64,000 nt of DNA from Candidatus Kaiserbacteria bacterium (GCA_028286585.1 JAQBRI010000008.1:84476-148475), one strand, 5' to 3'. Positions 9,450-17,813 are shown, counted from the first letter of the stretch. The notes: generated by a model from the sequence alone, not told the origin. Program-made: numbers and translations.

Positions 9450-10508
9450 TTGCCTTCATGGAACTATTGGAACAGGAGAAAAATACTGCTTATACAGTCT
9501 AGACAGAATAAAGCCCGCATGAAACTATTCTCTGAACATTTTGCAGAATTAAAAAGCGACGAACAGCTCGAGGCGCTGCATATGGAATTTCCCCAATACG
9601 ATATTGCATACTTAGTACAAGGTGCGTATGGGCTCCGAAGACACACAAAGGAGTGGATGGAAAGCATGTGGACGCTGTATGAGCCATATGCTGATCCACA
9701 TTTCCTCAAGGAGTTCAAAAGGCATTTTACGCAGCGTTCCTGGGAATTGTATTTGGGCGTGACGCTTCTCAATCATGGTTTCAAGTTAGGCGAACATAAG
9801 AGTGCCGGCGCAGACTTTGATGTGCAGGACGTAAATGGTGAACGTATTATGTGGATAGAGGCAATTGCTGTAAACCCGGGAGATGGGGCAGACAGGGTAC
9901 CAGACCATGCGTATGAAGTTGTAAGAAGTATACCTGTGGATGAAATGCTTTTGCGCGTTGCAGCTGCCTTGGACACAAAGCATAAGAAATATCTTTCTGA
10001 TGTAAAAAATGACTTTGTTGCGAAGACGGAGGCATATGTCATAGCAATCGACCGTTCTGAATTGGGTCATGTGGAAATTCCCCCATCACTCATTTTAAAA
10101 GCTCTTTTTGGTGTCGGTCACCAAACGTTGAGTTTTCCAGTACCTGCCATGGACGAGCCTTCAAGAAGCGTCGAACCAAAAAGATCTTGGGGGGCACTAC
10201 CCGAAATTTCAAAGAAAAGTGGTAATCCAGTATCTATGCGTTTTTTCGAGAATCCCGCACATGCTGGTATAAGTGCTGTAATTTATTCCGTGCCGCATGT
10301 AATTAATAGTCCGCGTCTGCCGGATGAGATGGGTGAGCATTTCTACGTTGTCCATAATCCGCACGCTATAAATCCAATCCCCTTTGGCGTATTGCCATTT
10401 GGTGAAGAGTATCGAGTTGATGAGGATGTAATAAACATTATACGAGAAAGGATGGCATATCAATCACCTGATCCTTTTGAATACCTTGCGACTTCCAACG
10501 AAGAATAA
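9450..10508 (+). CDS. Hypothetical protein
   Basis: 352-aa ORF with no recognisable motif. It may contain a PD-(D/E)xK-like 'DFDVQD...IMWIEAIAV' segment, which is weak. Confidence 0.4.
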   Translation: MPSWNYWNRRKILLIQSRQNKARMKLFSEHFAELKSDEQLEALHMEFPQYDIAYLVQGAYGLRRHTKEWMESMWTLYEPYADPHFLKEFKRHFTQRSWELYLGVTLLNHGFKLGEHKSAGADFDVQDVNGERIMWIEAIAVNPGDGADRVPDHAYEVVRSIPVDEMLLRVAAALDTKHKKYLSDVKNDFVAKTEAYVIAIDRSELGHVEIPPSLILKALFGVGHQTLSFPVPAMDEPSRSVEPKRSWGALPEISKKSGNPVSMRFFENPAHAGISAVIYSVPHVINSPRLPDEMGEHFYVVHNPHAINPIPFGVLPFGEEYRVDEDVINIIRERMAYQSPDPFEYLATSNEE

Positions 10509-10509
10509 C

Positions 10510-11316
10510 TTACTTTGTAGGGTGTGCTTTCGTGATTTCACCTTTGTAGCCCAGAGAAGCAAATATTGCTTTCCAGCTCAGAAAAAGAATCTCACTCGGC
10601 GTTAAGTTCATATGCATCTGTATAACCGGATGACCAGTTGAATTTTTGATGACACTTGATTTCAAAACGATTGTGGAAGTTACTATGGAATCGAGTCCAG
10701 CAGCATGCAAAAAACCATTTCGTATTTTATCGTACAAGTCTTTAATGACATCATCTAGGTTATTTATTCTCAGATCGTCTCGCTCAGATGGTCTATAACA
10801 ACTTACAACCCTCTGCACTTCTTCTGGAGTTAGAAAGGTTGAATAAAACCATATTAGTCTTGCTCTCATGGATGGTGGGTGTTGAGCAGCATGCTCAGCA
10901 GCAAGTTTTTCAAGCGAATCGACGTTTTTAATTTCGTCAAATTTGTTTTTTAGAAAATCCACAAAACTTACACGAGGTTCCGCATGTTCTTTGGTAAATT
11001 TATCCACGATGGAAAACATCACGGCGATTGCTATGTTTGACCAGGCCATGTCCGCAAACATTTCGGGAAGGGTGCGACGTTTTCCTTCTTCTTCAACCAA
11101 TAGAACAGAAACGGACTCCATAATAACCTTGAAAAAAATAAGTAACATCCCAAGTGAGATGATTTCTTCAGATTTCAATTGTGATAGAAAAATATGTAGT
11201 TCTTTCTCGTTTTTGAAATCCATGGCCCAGCCATTTCCAAAACATTTGCTTCCTGGACCTAAAATTTCTAAGATTTGAGCAACCCGCTCTTTAATTGTTG
11301 GTACATCACCTATCAT
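10510..11316 (-). CDS. Hypothetical protein with a HEPN-like Rx4H motif (Abi-like candidate)
   Basis: The 268-aa alpha-helical protein carries 'RNGFLHAAG' (R-x4-H) in its C-terminal third, as in HEPN/AbiD-F-type RNases. Confidence 0.4.
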   Translation of the reverse strand: MIGDVPTIKERVAQILEILGPGSKCFGNGWAMDFKNEKELHIFLSQLKSEEIISLGMLLIFFKVIMESVSVLLVEEEGKRRTLPEMFADMAWSNIAIAVMFSIVDKFTKEHAEPRVSFVDFLKNKFDEIKNVDSLEKLAAEHAAQHPPSMRARLIWFYSTFLTPEEVQRVVSCYRPSERDDLRINNLDDVIKDLYDKIRNGFLHAAGLDSIVTSTIVLKSSVIKNSTGHPVIQMHMNLTPSEILFLSWKAIFASLGYKGEITKAHPTK

Positions 11317-11396
11317 AAATTCACATTATATAGACTATTAATCAAGTTAGAAGTACGCCATTTTGAACCTGATTAATTGATTTAATCATACTTTAG

Positions 11397-11810
11397 TTGT
11401 TATTCATGAGAGTAGCGTTACAATATTCACATATGAAAGCAAGAGGAGGATCACGGCCAAACGCAGGACGTAAAAGGGGCTTAGCAAGCATAACAGCTGA
11501 ACAGGCTAGAAACTATGCCATACAACGCATTACAGCCGAATTAGAACCAATTCTTACTGGGCAGATAGAGGCTGCAAAGGGAATGTATTACGAAGTCATC
11601 GATGACCAAGGTGAAAAAGTTGTTTACCAGCAGAAACCAAATGCACGGGTTGCAGAGTATCTTATCAGTCAGGTAATAGGAAAAGCAAAAGAAACTACGG
11701 ATCTAAATATTAAAGTACCATTTTCTCTATATGAGCTCGCAAAAATGAGGGATGCGGAGAGATTAAAAATGACTGATGGACAACACTATAGAGTTGTAAA
11801 TAATAAGTGA
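11397..11810 (+). CDS. Hypothetical small basic protein, possibly DNA-binding
   Basis: N-terminal 'GGSRPNAGRKRG' basic stretch (AT-hook or terminase-small-subunit-like); 137 aa. Confidence 0.35.
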   Translation: MLFMRVALQYSHMKARGGSRPNAGRKRGLASITAEQARNYAIQRITAELEPILTGQIEAAKGMYYEVIDDQGEKVVYQQKPNARVAEYLISQVIGKAKETTDLNIKVPFSLYELAKMRDAERLKMTDGQHYRVVNNK

Positions 11811-11819
11811 AAATACACA

Positions 11820-12440
11820 ATGAGCTGGATATCAAACAATATTATTGGAATTATAGGAATTGTCGTAGGCGGTTTTATTGCATACCATGTATATTTTTTG
11901 TCTCTGCAGCTCAACTTGAAGGACAAACTCGTATACAAAGACAGTGTGCGAAAGAAAGTTGAACCCTTATTGGCCAGAATAAATAATGGTATTAGTAGTA
12001 AATGCGAACTAGTCAACGTTAAGAAGTATTTGAAATACTATCCGCACAATAATGACTTGAATAAAGATGGCTACACATATCTGGGTGCAGAATTGAAAGC
12101 ATTGCAGTTTGATGGTGTTGAATTTTTTTGTGGCGTGAGAGAGCTCTTCAAAAAACCGGATGGCAGCTATACACTCAAAAAAGAGGAAAGTACAGTGCGT
12201 GAAGAGTATAATGCTCTAGAGGCGGGTGTAATCCCTTATGAGTGGATTGAATATATAGATGGCAGAGGTGATGAGTATAGTTATCGTCCGCAGTTTTTCA
12301 CCCAATTTAAGGGTGAAAGGAAGTCGCCATATAAACACCTGTCATATTACATTCAGAGTGATACGTATTACGAAGGTAGAGATCCAATGGATTTTAAGTG
12401 GCGTAGAATAGAAGTAGAACAAAATAAGTCACTAGTTTGA
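11820..12440 (+). CDS. Hypothetical membrane-anchored protein
   Basis: N-terminal TM helix followed by a 206-aa ORF. It sits 10 nt after the upstream gene. Confidence 0.4.
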   Translation: MSWISNNIIGIIGIVVGGFIAYHVYFLSLQLNLKDKLVYKDSVRKKVEPLLARINNGISSKCELVNVKKYLKYYPHNNDLNKDGYTYLGAELKALQFDGVEFFCGVRELFKKPDGSYTLKKEESTVREEYNALEAGVIPYEWIEYIDGRGDEYSYRPQFFTQFKGERKSPYKHLSYYIQSDTYYEGRDPMDFKWRRIEVEQNKSLV

Positions 12441-12465
12441 ATATGAAGCAGTTTTATGAACAAAA

Positions 12466-12495
12466 AAGGTTCGAATAGCCTCTACAGTGTCCAGC
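12466..12495 (+). repeat. Degenerate copy (copy 0) of the cassette-boundary repeat
   Basis: AAGGTTCGAATAGCCTCTACAGTGTCCAGC against the consensus GGTTCCAACATCGTCCCAGACTGCCAGC. Confidence 0.4.
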
Positions 12496-12549
12496 AAAAT
12501 TAAAAACGGTATCTGACATCGTTTCCACTACATTCACACTACATAAAAC

Positions 12550-12580
12550 AAATCGCCCGAGAACATCGGGCGATTGTGGC
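12550..12580 (-). terminator. Rho-independent terminator for the minus-strand receiver-domain gene
   Basis: Hairpin AATCGCCCGA-GAACA-TCGGGCGATT, followed on the minus strand by a TTGTTTTAT run. Confidence 0.5.
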
Positions 12581-12596
12581 ATTAATTTCCGGCATG

Positions 12597-12938
12597 TTAC
12601 GCCAGCAACTTTCGTAAGTAGTCTGGCACATCATCTTTGTTTACCGAGTGGTCGCAGCCATAGTGCATAAGACGTCTCCTGAGATCCTCGTCAGAAGACG
12701 TTGCTAGCATCGGACCTCTATAGCCTTGTTCACGGAATGATGCAGCCAAGGCATGCCCATATTCGTACCGAGAAAGTTTGCCGTCGAGTACGATTGCTGC
12801 GAGTTCATTCTGGTGAGCGTGGAAGTGTTCCGAGGCTTCCTTGAAGTTAAACGCTTGGAGAAGCTCGAAATTTGGCATGTTTTCCGCATACCGATCTTGT
12901 TCGTGTATCAAATCTTCGACAATCAAAATTTTAAACAT
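12597..12938 (-). CDS. Stand-alone response-regulator receiver (REC) domain protein
   Basis: 'KILIVEDL' acidic pocket, phospho-acceptor Asp in 'AIVLDGK', and conserved Ser/Thr and Lys positions; 113 aa. Confidence 0.5.
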   Translation of the reverse strand: MFKILIVEDLIHEQDRYAENMPNFELLQAFNFKEASEHFHAHQNELAAIVLDGKLSRYEYGHALAASFREQGYRGPMLATSSDEDLRRRLMHYGCDHSVNKDDVPDYLRKLLA

Positions 12939-12986
12939 GGTGACCTCCTTGATGATCTGGAGAGAACTCTAACATAGTTGTAAAAA

Positions 12987-13014
12987 GGTTCCAACCTCGT
13001 CCCAGGCAGCGAGC
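12987..13014 (+). repeat. Cassette-boundary repeat, copy 1
   Basis: GGTTCCAACCTCGTCCCAGGCAGCGAGC, 20 nt upstream of the ATG at 13034. Confidence 0.6.
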
Positions 13015-13033
13015 AATCTGATATAGTTATGTC

Positions 13034-13432
13034 ATGAATCCCGATCCACGCCTACATCACACAGCAAAGCGTATACAACGAGGAAGCCTAGGGAATGTAA
13101 TCGAAATGTTTGCATTACTTGGTTGTAAAGTGTCGTATCGCCCAGAAGGCAATGGTTGGGCAATGATTGGCCAAGAGGGACTTAATTTTGATATCCAGCT
13201 CATTGAGGTAGATGGTATACCGTTAGAAGGTGAGACTCGAAGAGATTCACAAATCTCCTTTGTTTCTGAAAATCCTACTGATCATATTAATAAAGTCCAT
13301 ATATGGGCTGAAGAAAAAAACCTTACATTTATTCAAAAGTCATGGAACGAACGTGAGCATTACTTTGATTTGCCTGATCTCTTTGTTGACTGGGTTGTAG
13401 AAGTAATGCATATATCGGTTGTTGAAAGCTAA
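13034..13432 (+). CDS. Hypothetical protein (cassette gene)
   Basis: 132-aa ORF bounded by repeat copies 1 and 2. Confidence 0.4.
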   Translation: MNPDPRLHHTAKRIQRGSLGNVIEMFALLGCKVSYRPEGNGWAMIGQEGLNFDIQLIEVDGIPLEGETRRDSQISFVSENPTDHINKVHIWAEEKNLTFIQKSWNEREHYFDLPDLFVDWVVEVMHISVVES

Positions 13433-13433
13433 A

Positions 13434-13461
13434 ATTCTAACATCGTCCCATACAGCCAGCC
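13434..13461 (+). repeat. Cassette-boundary repeat, copy 2
   Basis: ATTCTAACATCGTCCCATACAGCCAGCC, starting 2 nt after the stop at 13432. Confidence 0.6.
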
Positions 13462-13485
13462 AATATTGTTTTTTTAATGTAAACT

Positions 13486-14004
13486 ATGTCGATGACACTT
13501 ATTATTATCCTGTTAATCATCATAGGGTTAGCAGTTGTATTTTCTTTAATTCAAAAGGGCGAGAATGTGGAAGTCGAGCATCCGGAAGTACATTCTATTC
13601 AAGAGCAGAAAGATCCCATGCCCTATGTAAGGAAGCAGTATTTTATGACAAATTCAGAGTTAAATTTTTTTAGAAATCTTGAAAAAATAAACCAAAATAA
13701 ATATTTTATTGTTCCTCAAGTATCGTTATCCGGACTAGTTTCAGTTGCTGATAATGAATTGATGAGAAAAACATATAACAATAAAATCGATAGAAAGTCA
13801 GTAGATTTTGTTCTATTTGATAAAGCTACTTTCCTTCCAAAATTGGTAATCGAATTAGATGATAGATCTCATGATAGATATGATAGAAAAATAAGAGATG
13901 AATGGGTCGATGATGTAATGAAGAAGGTGGGTATAAGGATAGTTCACGTCAAGGCTTCTTATTCCTACAATTTGGTGCCAATCGAAGGTCTTTTAGCTGG
14001 TTAA
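13486..14004 (+). CDS. Membrane-anchored DUF2726-like protein (PD-(D/E)xK nuclease-like fold)
   Basis: N-terminal TM helix, then 'FMTNSELNFFRNLE...FIVPQVSL...VDFVLFDK...LVIELDD', which matches the DUF2726 / restriction-endonuclease-like core. Confidence 0.5.
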   Translation: MSMTLIIILLIIIGLAVVFSLIQKGENVEVEHPEVHSIQEQKDPMPYVRKQYFMTNSELNFFRNLEKINQNKYFIVPQVSLSGLVSVADNELMRKTYNNKIDRKSVDFVLFDKATFLPKLVIELDDRSHDRYDRKIRDEWVDDVMKKVGIRIVHVKASYSYNLVPIEGLLAG

Positions 14005-14016
14005 GTATTTTAAAAT

Positions 14017-14045
14017 AGTTCCAACGTGGTCCCAGACTGTCAGCC
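14017..14045 (+). repeat. Cassette-boundary repeat, copy 3
   Basis: AGTTCCAACGTGGTCCCAGACTGTCAGCC. Confidence 0.6.
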
Positions 14046-14114
14046 CTTGACTTAAGTATTTTTGAATGGTAATTTCTTGAAAGAAGTTTCCACTCCCATA
14101 AGGAGCAATTAAAG

Positions 14115-14459
14115 ATGAAGTTCGTTTTCATAGCACATCCAATGTCGGGAGACATAGAAGGAAATATGCAGAAAGTTGTTGCTATCTGTAGAAGTATTCA
14201 TTCCGAAGAAATTATTCCCGTCTTTCCAAGTGCACTGACAAGGAGATATCTCACGCCAGATCCACGAGACCGCGCACTCGCCCAGACGATGATCGAAGAA
14301 TACTTTCGTCGAAGGATCATCGATGAAGTCTGGCTCTATGGCACTGATTTAACAGATGGCATGAAGAGAGAGGTGCGTTTTGCGGTTACCTACAACATTC
14401 CTGTTGTGGCACAGACACCTCAAATGCAACTTTCCCTCGACACATACTTAAAAGTTTGA
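14115..14459 (+). CDS. DUF4406-like (nucleoside 2-deoxyribosyltransferase-like fold) small protein
   Basis: 'MKFVFIAHPMSGD' N-terminus and 'DEVWLYG', typical of the DUF4406/NDT-like family; 114 aa. Confidence 0.4.
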   Translation: MKFVFIAHPMSGDIEGNMQKVVAICRSIHSEEIIPVFPSALTRRYLTPDPRDRALAQTMIEEYFRRRIIDEVWLYGTDLTDGMKREVRFAVTYNIPVVAQTPQMQLSLDTYLKV

Positions 14460-14526
14460 CATCACCTTCGTTTGTATTAAAAACCCTCCGGTCTACATTG
14501 ACGGCGGGTTTTCATTTATCCAAAAA

Positions 14527-14554
14527 GGTTCCAACATCGTCCCAGATTGCAAGC
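14527..14554 (+). repeat. Cassette-boundary repeat, copy 4
   Basis: GGTTCCAACATCGTCCCAGATTGCAAGC. Confidence 0.6.
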
Positions 14555-14612
14555 TAGACGTGTTATTGCAAACGTGGTATTGTTTTGTTCAGAACACAGG
14601 AGGAGAGAGATT

Positions 14613-15032
14613 ATGTCTCAAAATGTTCGCTCGTACTGCGACGCGATTTTCGCGTCAATTCCGACGACCACGATCGAAGTCAAGACTATCGAAGGCACCA
14701 AACGCTTTGTCTTTGGTTTGGTTCAAAGTCAAACGTTGTGCGGCGACGATCTGGGAACATACAACAACTACCAAATCGTCGAGATACGAAGAAGGGGCGA
14801 GGCATCGACGGCAATACTCTCTCTTCAAATGGACACGCGACAATGTGGGCCGACACAAGTCTACATTCGCGGTGAGGCTGCCAAAGATTGGTTTGCTGCG
14901 TCTTCAAAGTGGTTTCCAATCCTTGAAATAACAGCAGATATGTTCGAGGAAGGTGATACACTGATCGTTCCTGTTGCGATCGAGTTTCTCGCACGACTGG
15001 TTCTTTATCGCATCCGAAAACAGGCCTCATAA
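14613..15032 (+). CDS. Hypothetical protein (cassette gene)
   Basis: 'AGGAGGAGAGAGATT' RBS precedes the ATG at 14613. The track ORF starts upstream at 14547 without an RBS. Confidence 0.45.
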   Translation: MSQNVRSYCDAIFASIPTTTIEVKTIEGTKRFVFGLVQSQTLCGDDLGTYNNYQIVEIRRRGEASTAILSLQMDTRQCGPTQVYIRGEAAKDWFAASSKWFPILEITADMFEEGDTLIVPVAIEFLARLVLYRIRKQAS

Positions 15033-15053
15033 ACTTGAGTACACGAAAATCAA

Positions 15054-15092
15054 AAAGGCCGCCTCACCAGTATTGGTTTGGGCGGCTTTTCA
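15054..15092 (+). terminator. Rho-independent terminator after the 14613-15032 gene
   Basis: GGCCGCC...GGCGGC stem followed by TTTTC. Confidence 0.4.
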
Positions 15093-15102
15093 TATGGCAA
15101 AA

Positions 15103-15129
15103 ATTCCAACATCGTCCCAGACTGCCAGC
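15103..15129 (+). repeat. Cassette-boundary repeat, copy 5
   Basis: ATTCCAACATCGTCCCAGACTGCCAGC, the closest match to the consensus. Confidence 0.6.
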
Positions 15130-15190
15130 AGGCATTTTTTAAAAAGAAAACGCCCCCGAAAGAGAGCGTCTCCGTCGGCGGGCAGTTTAG

Positions 15191-15559
15191 TTAGGGTCGT
15201 AAGTACAAATTTCTGTCCTTGAGTCGTTTACATATTGCGCCAATAATATATGAGCTAAAACCGGCTGCGTGTAGGTCAGACCGGGTCTTTTTCAACAGGT
15301 CGCTCACAGTCACAATATTGTTTTGTTCAAGCTTATTGGTTGTAGTTATGCTCAGATCAAGTACATGCACTCCTTCATTGGTCATCGCATCTTCAACATG
15401 CTCGTCAGGAAGAATATCACTGGCCTCGCTTAGTAGTGCTTGGTAGACTTGAAATGCTTCAAGCGTCATTGAATTGCGAAGATGGCCGACTAACCGGCAT
15501 GCTATACACGGCTCAAGCGGCATACAGCCTGCTCGATGGTCAAGAACTAGCACTTTCAT
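15191..15559 (-). CDS. Small protein with an RNA polymerase alpha-subunit C-terminal-domain-like (HhH) domain
   Basis: The C-terminus 'LDLSITTTNKLEQNNIVTVSDLLKKTRSDLHAAGFSSYIIGAICKRLKD' aligns with alpha-CTD '[48 protein letters not shown]'. Start taken at MKVLVLD. Confidence 0.45.
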   Translation of the reverse strand: MKVLVLDHRAGCMPLEPCIACRLVGHLRNSMTLEAFQVYQALLSEASDILPDEHVEDAMTNEGVHVLDLSITTTNKLEQNNIVTVSDLLKKTRSDLHAAGFSSYIIGAICKRLKDRNLYLRP

Positions 15560-15620
15560 GTCATGACTCCCTAAAGGTTCTTTTATATTTATTGCATGAT
15601 AAAAACATTTTGTCAAATAA

Positions 15621-15647
15621 ATTCCAACATTGTCCCATGTTGTAGCC
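15621..15647 (+). repeat. Cassette-boundary repeat, copy 6
   Basis: ATTCCAACATTGTCCCATGTTGTAGCC, lying between two minus-strand genes but still in + orientation. Confidence 0.55.
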
Positions 15648-15759
15648 AACAGCAAAATGAAAACCTCGGTCTGGATATAGATCTAGTCCGGAAGCGATTA
15701 TGTAAAAAAATAAACGGCACCCAAAATTAATCGGGTGCCGTCAGTTTATAGCAAAGAAC

Positions 15760-16290
15760 TTAGATTCTGTAGGTGACCTCTCGCGGGCCGTTGTCCCGAA
15801 GGAAATTCGAAATCCCTTTGAGGTTAGGTCGACTATCTTCCTTGGAGCTTGCAATGTGGCGTAAGAAGCTACGAACGAAATGGAATGCCTGGCGCCCGGG
15901 CCAATATTCGACGTACACTTCCATACTCTCGACTTCCCAGAGATAAAATCCGGAAGTCTGGCTGACGAGTGTCATTAGGACCACGGCACGAGGAAGATTG
16001 GGAAGCTGGTTCTCGCGCCCAAAGGGAGTGCGAACCGACGGCGAGGCAAAAAGAACCTCCGCTTGCACCTTCCTTACCGCTTTGACAGCCCACAATTCTT
16101 CTGCAGGAGGAAGAGCAATATTGAACGCCGCGGAGTTGTCGCGAGAGATGATGGATTCATAGTCGAGTCGGTACTGTGTGAGGAAAATCTCTGTATTGAG
16201 ATTATCCTTAAGCACCTGGGCGATCATGTTCAGCACGTACAGATCGGTCGCGCTGCCAGTCTGTGGCTTGGCTTTCTTTCTTCCAAACAT
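15760..16290 (-). CDS. Hypothetical protein
   Basis: 176-aa ORF with no recognisable motif. Confidence 0.4.
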   Translation of the reverse strand: MFGRKKAKPQTGSATDLYVLNMIAQVLKDNLNTEIFLTQYRLDYESIISRDNSAAFNIALPPAEELWAVKAVRKVQAEVLFASPSVRTPFGRENQLPNLPRAVVLMTLVSQTSGFYLWEVESMEVYVEYWPGRQAFHFVRSFLRHIASSKEDSRPNLKGISNFLRDNGPREVTYRI

Positions 16291-16461
16291 TTTATACCTC
16301 TTTCAGGTATATAGAGCCATATTGCTCCATACCTGCCCTTTCGGCAGTGAATATATTCTACGACTATAATGCTATTTAGTCAATGATTCCTGTAAGCGGG
16401 TCAGTATCGATATTGTTCAAGGAATAAGCAAATTGTTTCAAAAATTTGCTATAATCTCTAT

Positions 16462-17031
16462 ATGAGAAAAGTTGTACTATTTTTGCATCAGTCACTTGAT
16501 GGCTATTGTGGCACCAAAGAGGGAGGATTAGATTGGATTCCTTTTACTCCGGCACTTGAAAAGTATGCTGAACGACTCGTGCAAACAGTCGGATCTCCAA
16601 TGTATGGACGTGTCACATATGAACTAATGAAAAGCTGGTGGCCGACTCTTTTAAATGATGCCTCAGCATCAAAGCATGATAAAAAACATGCTGAATGGAT
16701 TGAAAATGTAGAGAAAATCGTTTTCTCTACTACACTTGGCGAACAAGACTGGAATAATACAAGAGTAATAAGTAGCAATGTAGAAGAAGAGGTTAAGAAA
16801 CTTAAAATGGGTGAAGGGAAAGACTTGGTAATATTTGGCAGTCCAACACTTGCTCGTTCATTAATGGAAATGGATCTTATCGACGAGTTTCAATTTACCA
16901 TTAGTCCAGTTATTCTTGGAGACGGAATAACCTTTATGAGAAGTATTACAAATCGAGTGAATCTTGAGCTTTTGAATTCCGAATCACTAGACGGTGGAAT
17001 CGAAGCACTTCACTACAAGATTGTTAGATAA
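16462..17031 (+). CDS. Dihydrofolate-reductase-like protein (RibD C-terminal domain family)
   Basis: 'LDGYCGTKEGGLDWIP...DLVIFGSPTLARSL', as in YwjB/RibD_C reductases. Confidence 0.65.
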   Translation: MRKVVLFLHQSLDGYCGTKEGGLDWIPFTPALEKYAERLVQTVGSPMYGRVTYELMKSWWPTLLNDASASKHDKKHAEWIENVEKIVFSTTLGEQDWNNTRVISSNVEEEVKKLKMGEGKDLVIFGSPTLARSLMEMDLIDEFQFTISPVILGDGITFMRSITNRVNLELLNSESLDGGIEALHYKIVR

Positions 17032-17089
17032 TAAATTTAAACTATCTTAATGATGGTCAAGGTTTCAAAATAATCGTATAATTATATAT

Positions 17090-17515
17090 ATGACAACAAT
17101 AAGTCCTTGGATTAATTTTAATGGTAATGCAGAAGAAGCATTTACTTTTTATAAATCTGTTTTTGGTGGAGACTTTACAAAGTTGGTTCGTTTTAGTGAT
17201 CTTGCCGGTCCGGAATTTCCGGTTGCAGAAGAAGAGGCGGACAAAATCATGCAAATTGTTTTGCCTATTGGTGGCGCGATGCTTATAGGAAATGATGTAC
17301 CTGCAATTATGGGAAAAGTAAGTGAAAATGAAAATAGAAGTAAAATTCATCATGCAGTAGAAAGCAAAGAGGAGGCTGAAAGAATATTTAATGAGCTTTC
17401 TGTCGGAGGACAAGTAGAGGGGGCAATGGGGGAAAGTCCTTGGGGCACAGACGCCGGTATGTTTAGAGATACATATGGTATTGAGTGGATTATAGAATTT
17501 AATCCGAACAAATAA
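17090..17515 (+). CDS. PhnB-like / VOC (glyoxalase) superfamily protein
   Basis: 'WINFNGNAEEAFTFYKSVFGG' N-terminus, typical of PhnB/3-demethylubiquinone-9 3-methyltransferase-like VOC proteins. Confidence 0.65.
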   Translation: MTTISPWINFNGNAEEAFTFYKSVFGGDFTKLVRFSDLAGPEFPVAEEEADKIMQIVLPIGGAMLIGNDVPAIMGKVSENENRSKIHHAVESKEEAERIFNELSVGGQVEGAMGESPWGTDAGMFRDTYGIEWIIEFNPNK

Positions 17516-17552
17516 ACCAATATAGAACCGGATTTTTACATAAAAAAATCGC

Positions 17553-17813
17553 TTACTGAATGCGATCATCAGTAAGCGATACATTTTCTCCCCAATGTAC
17601 GTATTCAGGATTTTCGGGTCCAGAATATATCATGTATTGTTCGATGTCACAGCACGGACAGTTGTGAGCATCATCAAGCAATTCATTCTTGGAATTATGC
17701 TCCCAGATACACTCGCAAAAGCTACATTTATGCTTATGCGAGCCTTTTAGTAGCTCTATCAGCAGTTGGAAAAGCACAACAACTATGTAGCATATGAGAA
17801 AAATAATATCCAT
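17553..17813 (-). CDS. Small membrane-anchored Cys-rich protein
   Basis: A TM helix, then the CxxC...CPCC cluster 'CSFCECIWEH...HNCPCCD'. Confidence 0.3.
   Translation of the reverse strand: MDIIFLICYIVVVLFQLLIELLKGSHKHKCSFCECIWEHNSKNELLDDAHNCPCCDIEQYMIYSGPENPEYVHWGENVSLTDDRIQ

Larger units (their letters stand above)
3597..16300. mobile_element. Putative integrated mobile element / genomic island. tRNA-Gln(UUG) is the left junction, followed by a serine-recombinase integrase, a replication module and cargo with a cassette array. The right boundary was not determined.
   Basis: The recombinase abuts and overlaps the tRNA. The primase/helicase gene and iteron-like repeats follow. Downstream genes are all hypothetical or accessory, and a repeat-delimited cassette array ends near 15.65 kb. 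Recognisable housekeeping genes resume only further right. Confidence 0.4.

Noticed and set aside
14046-14074. TTGACT-N17-TAATTT promoter-like sequence downstream of repeat copy 3
   Set aside because: The -10 hexamer is weak. It is not recurrent at other repeat copies, so it was not called.
12462-15650. Classical integron (attC sites plus IntI)
   Set aside because: The repeat is only ~28 nt. It lacks the R''/L''-L'/R' inverted-repeat structure and the GTTRRRY/RYYYAAC cores, and no tyrosine-recombinase IntI is present in the window.
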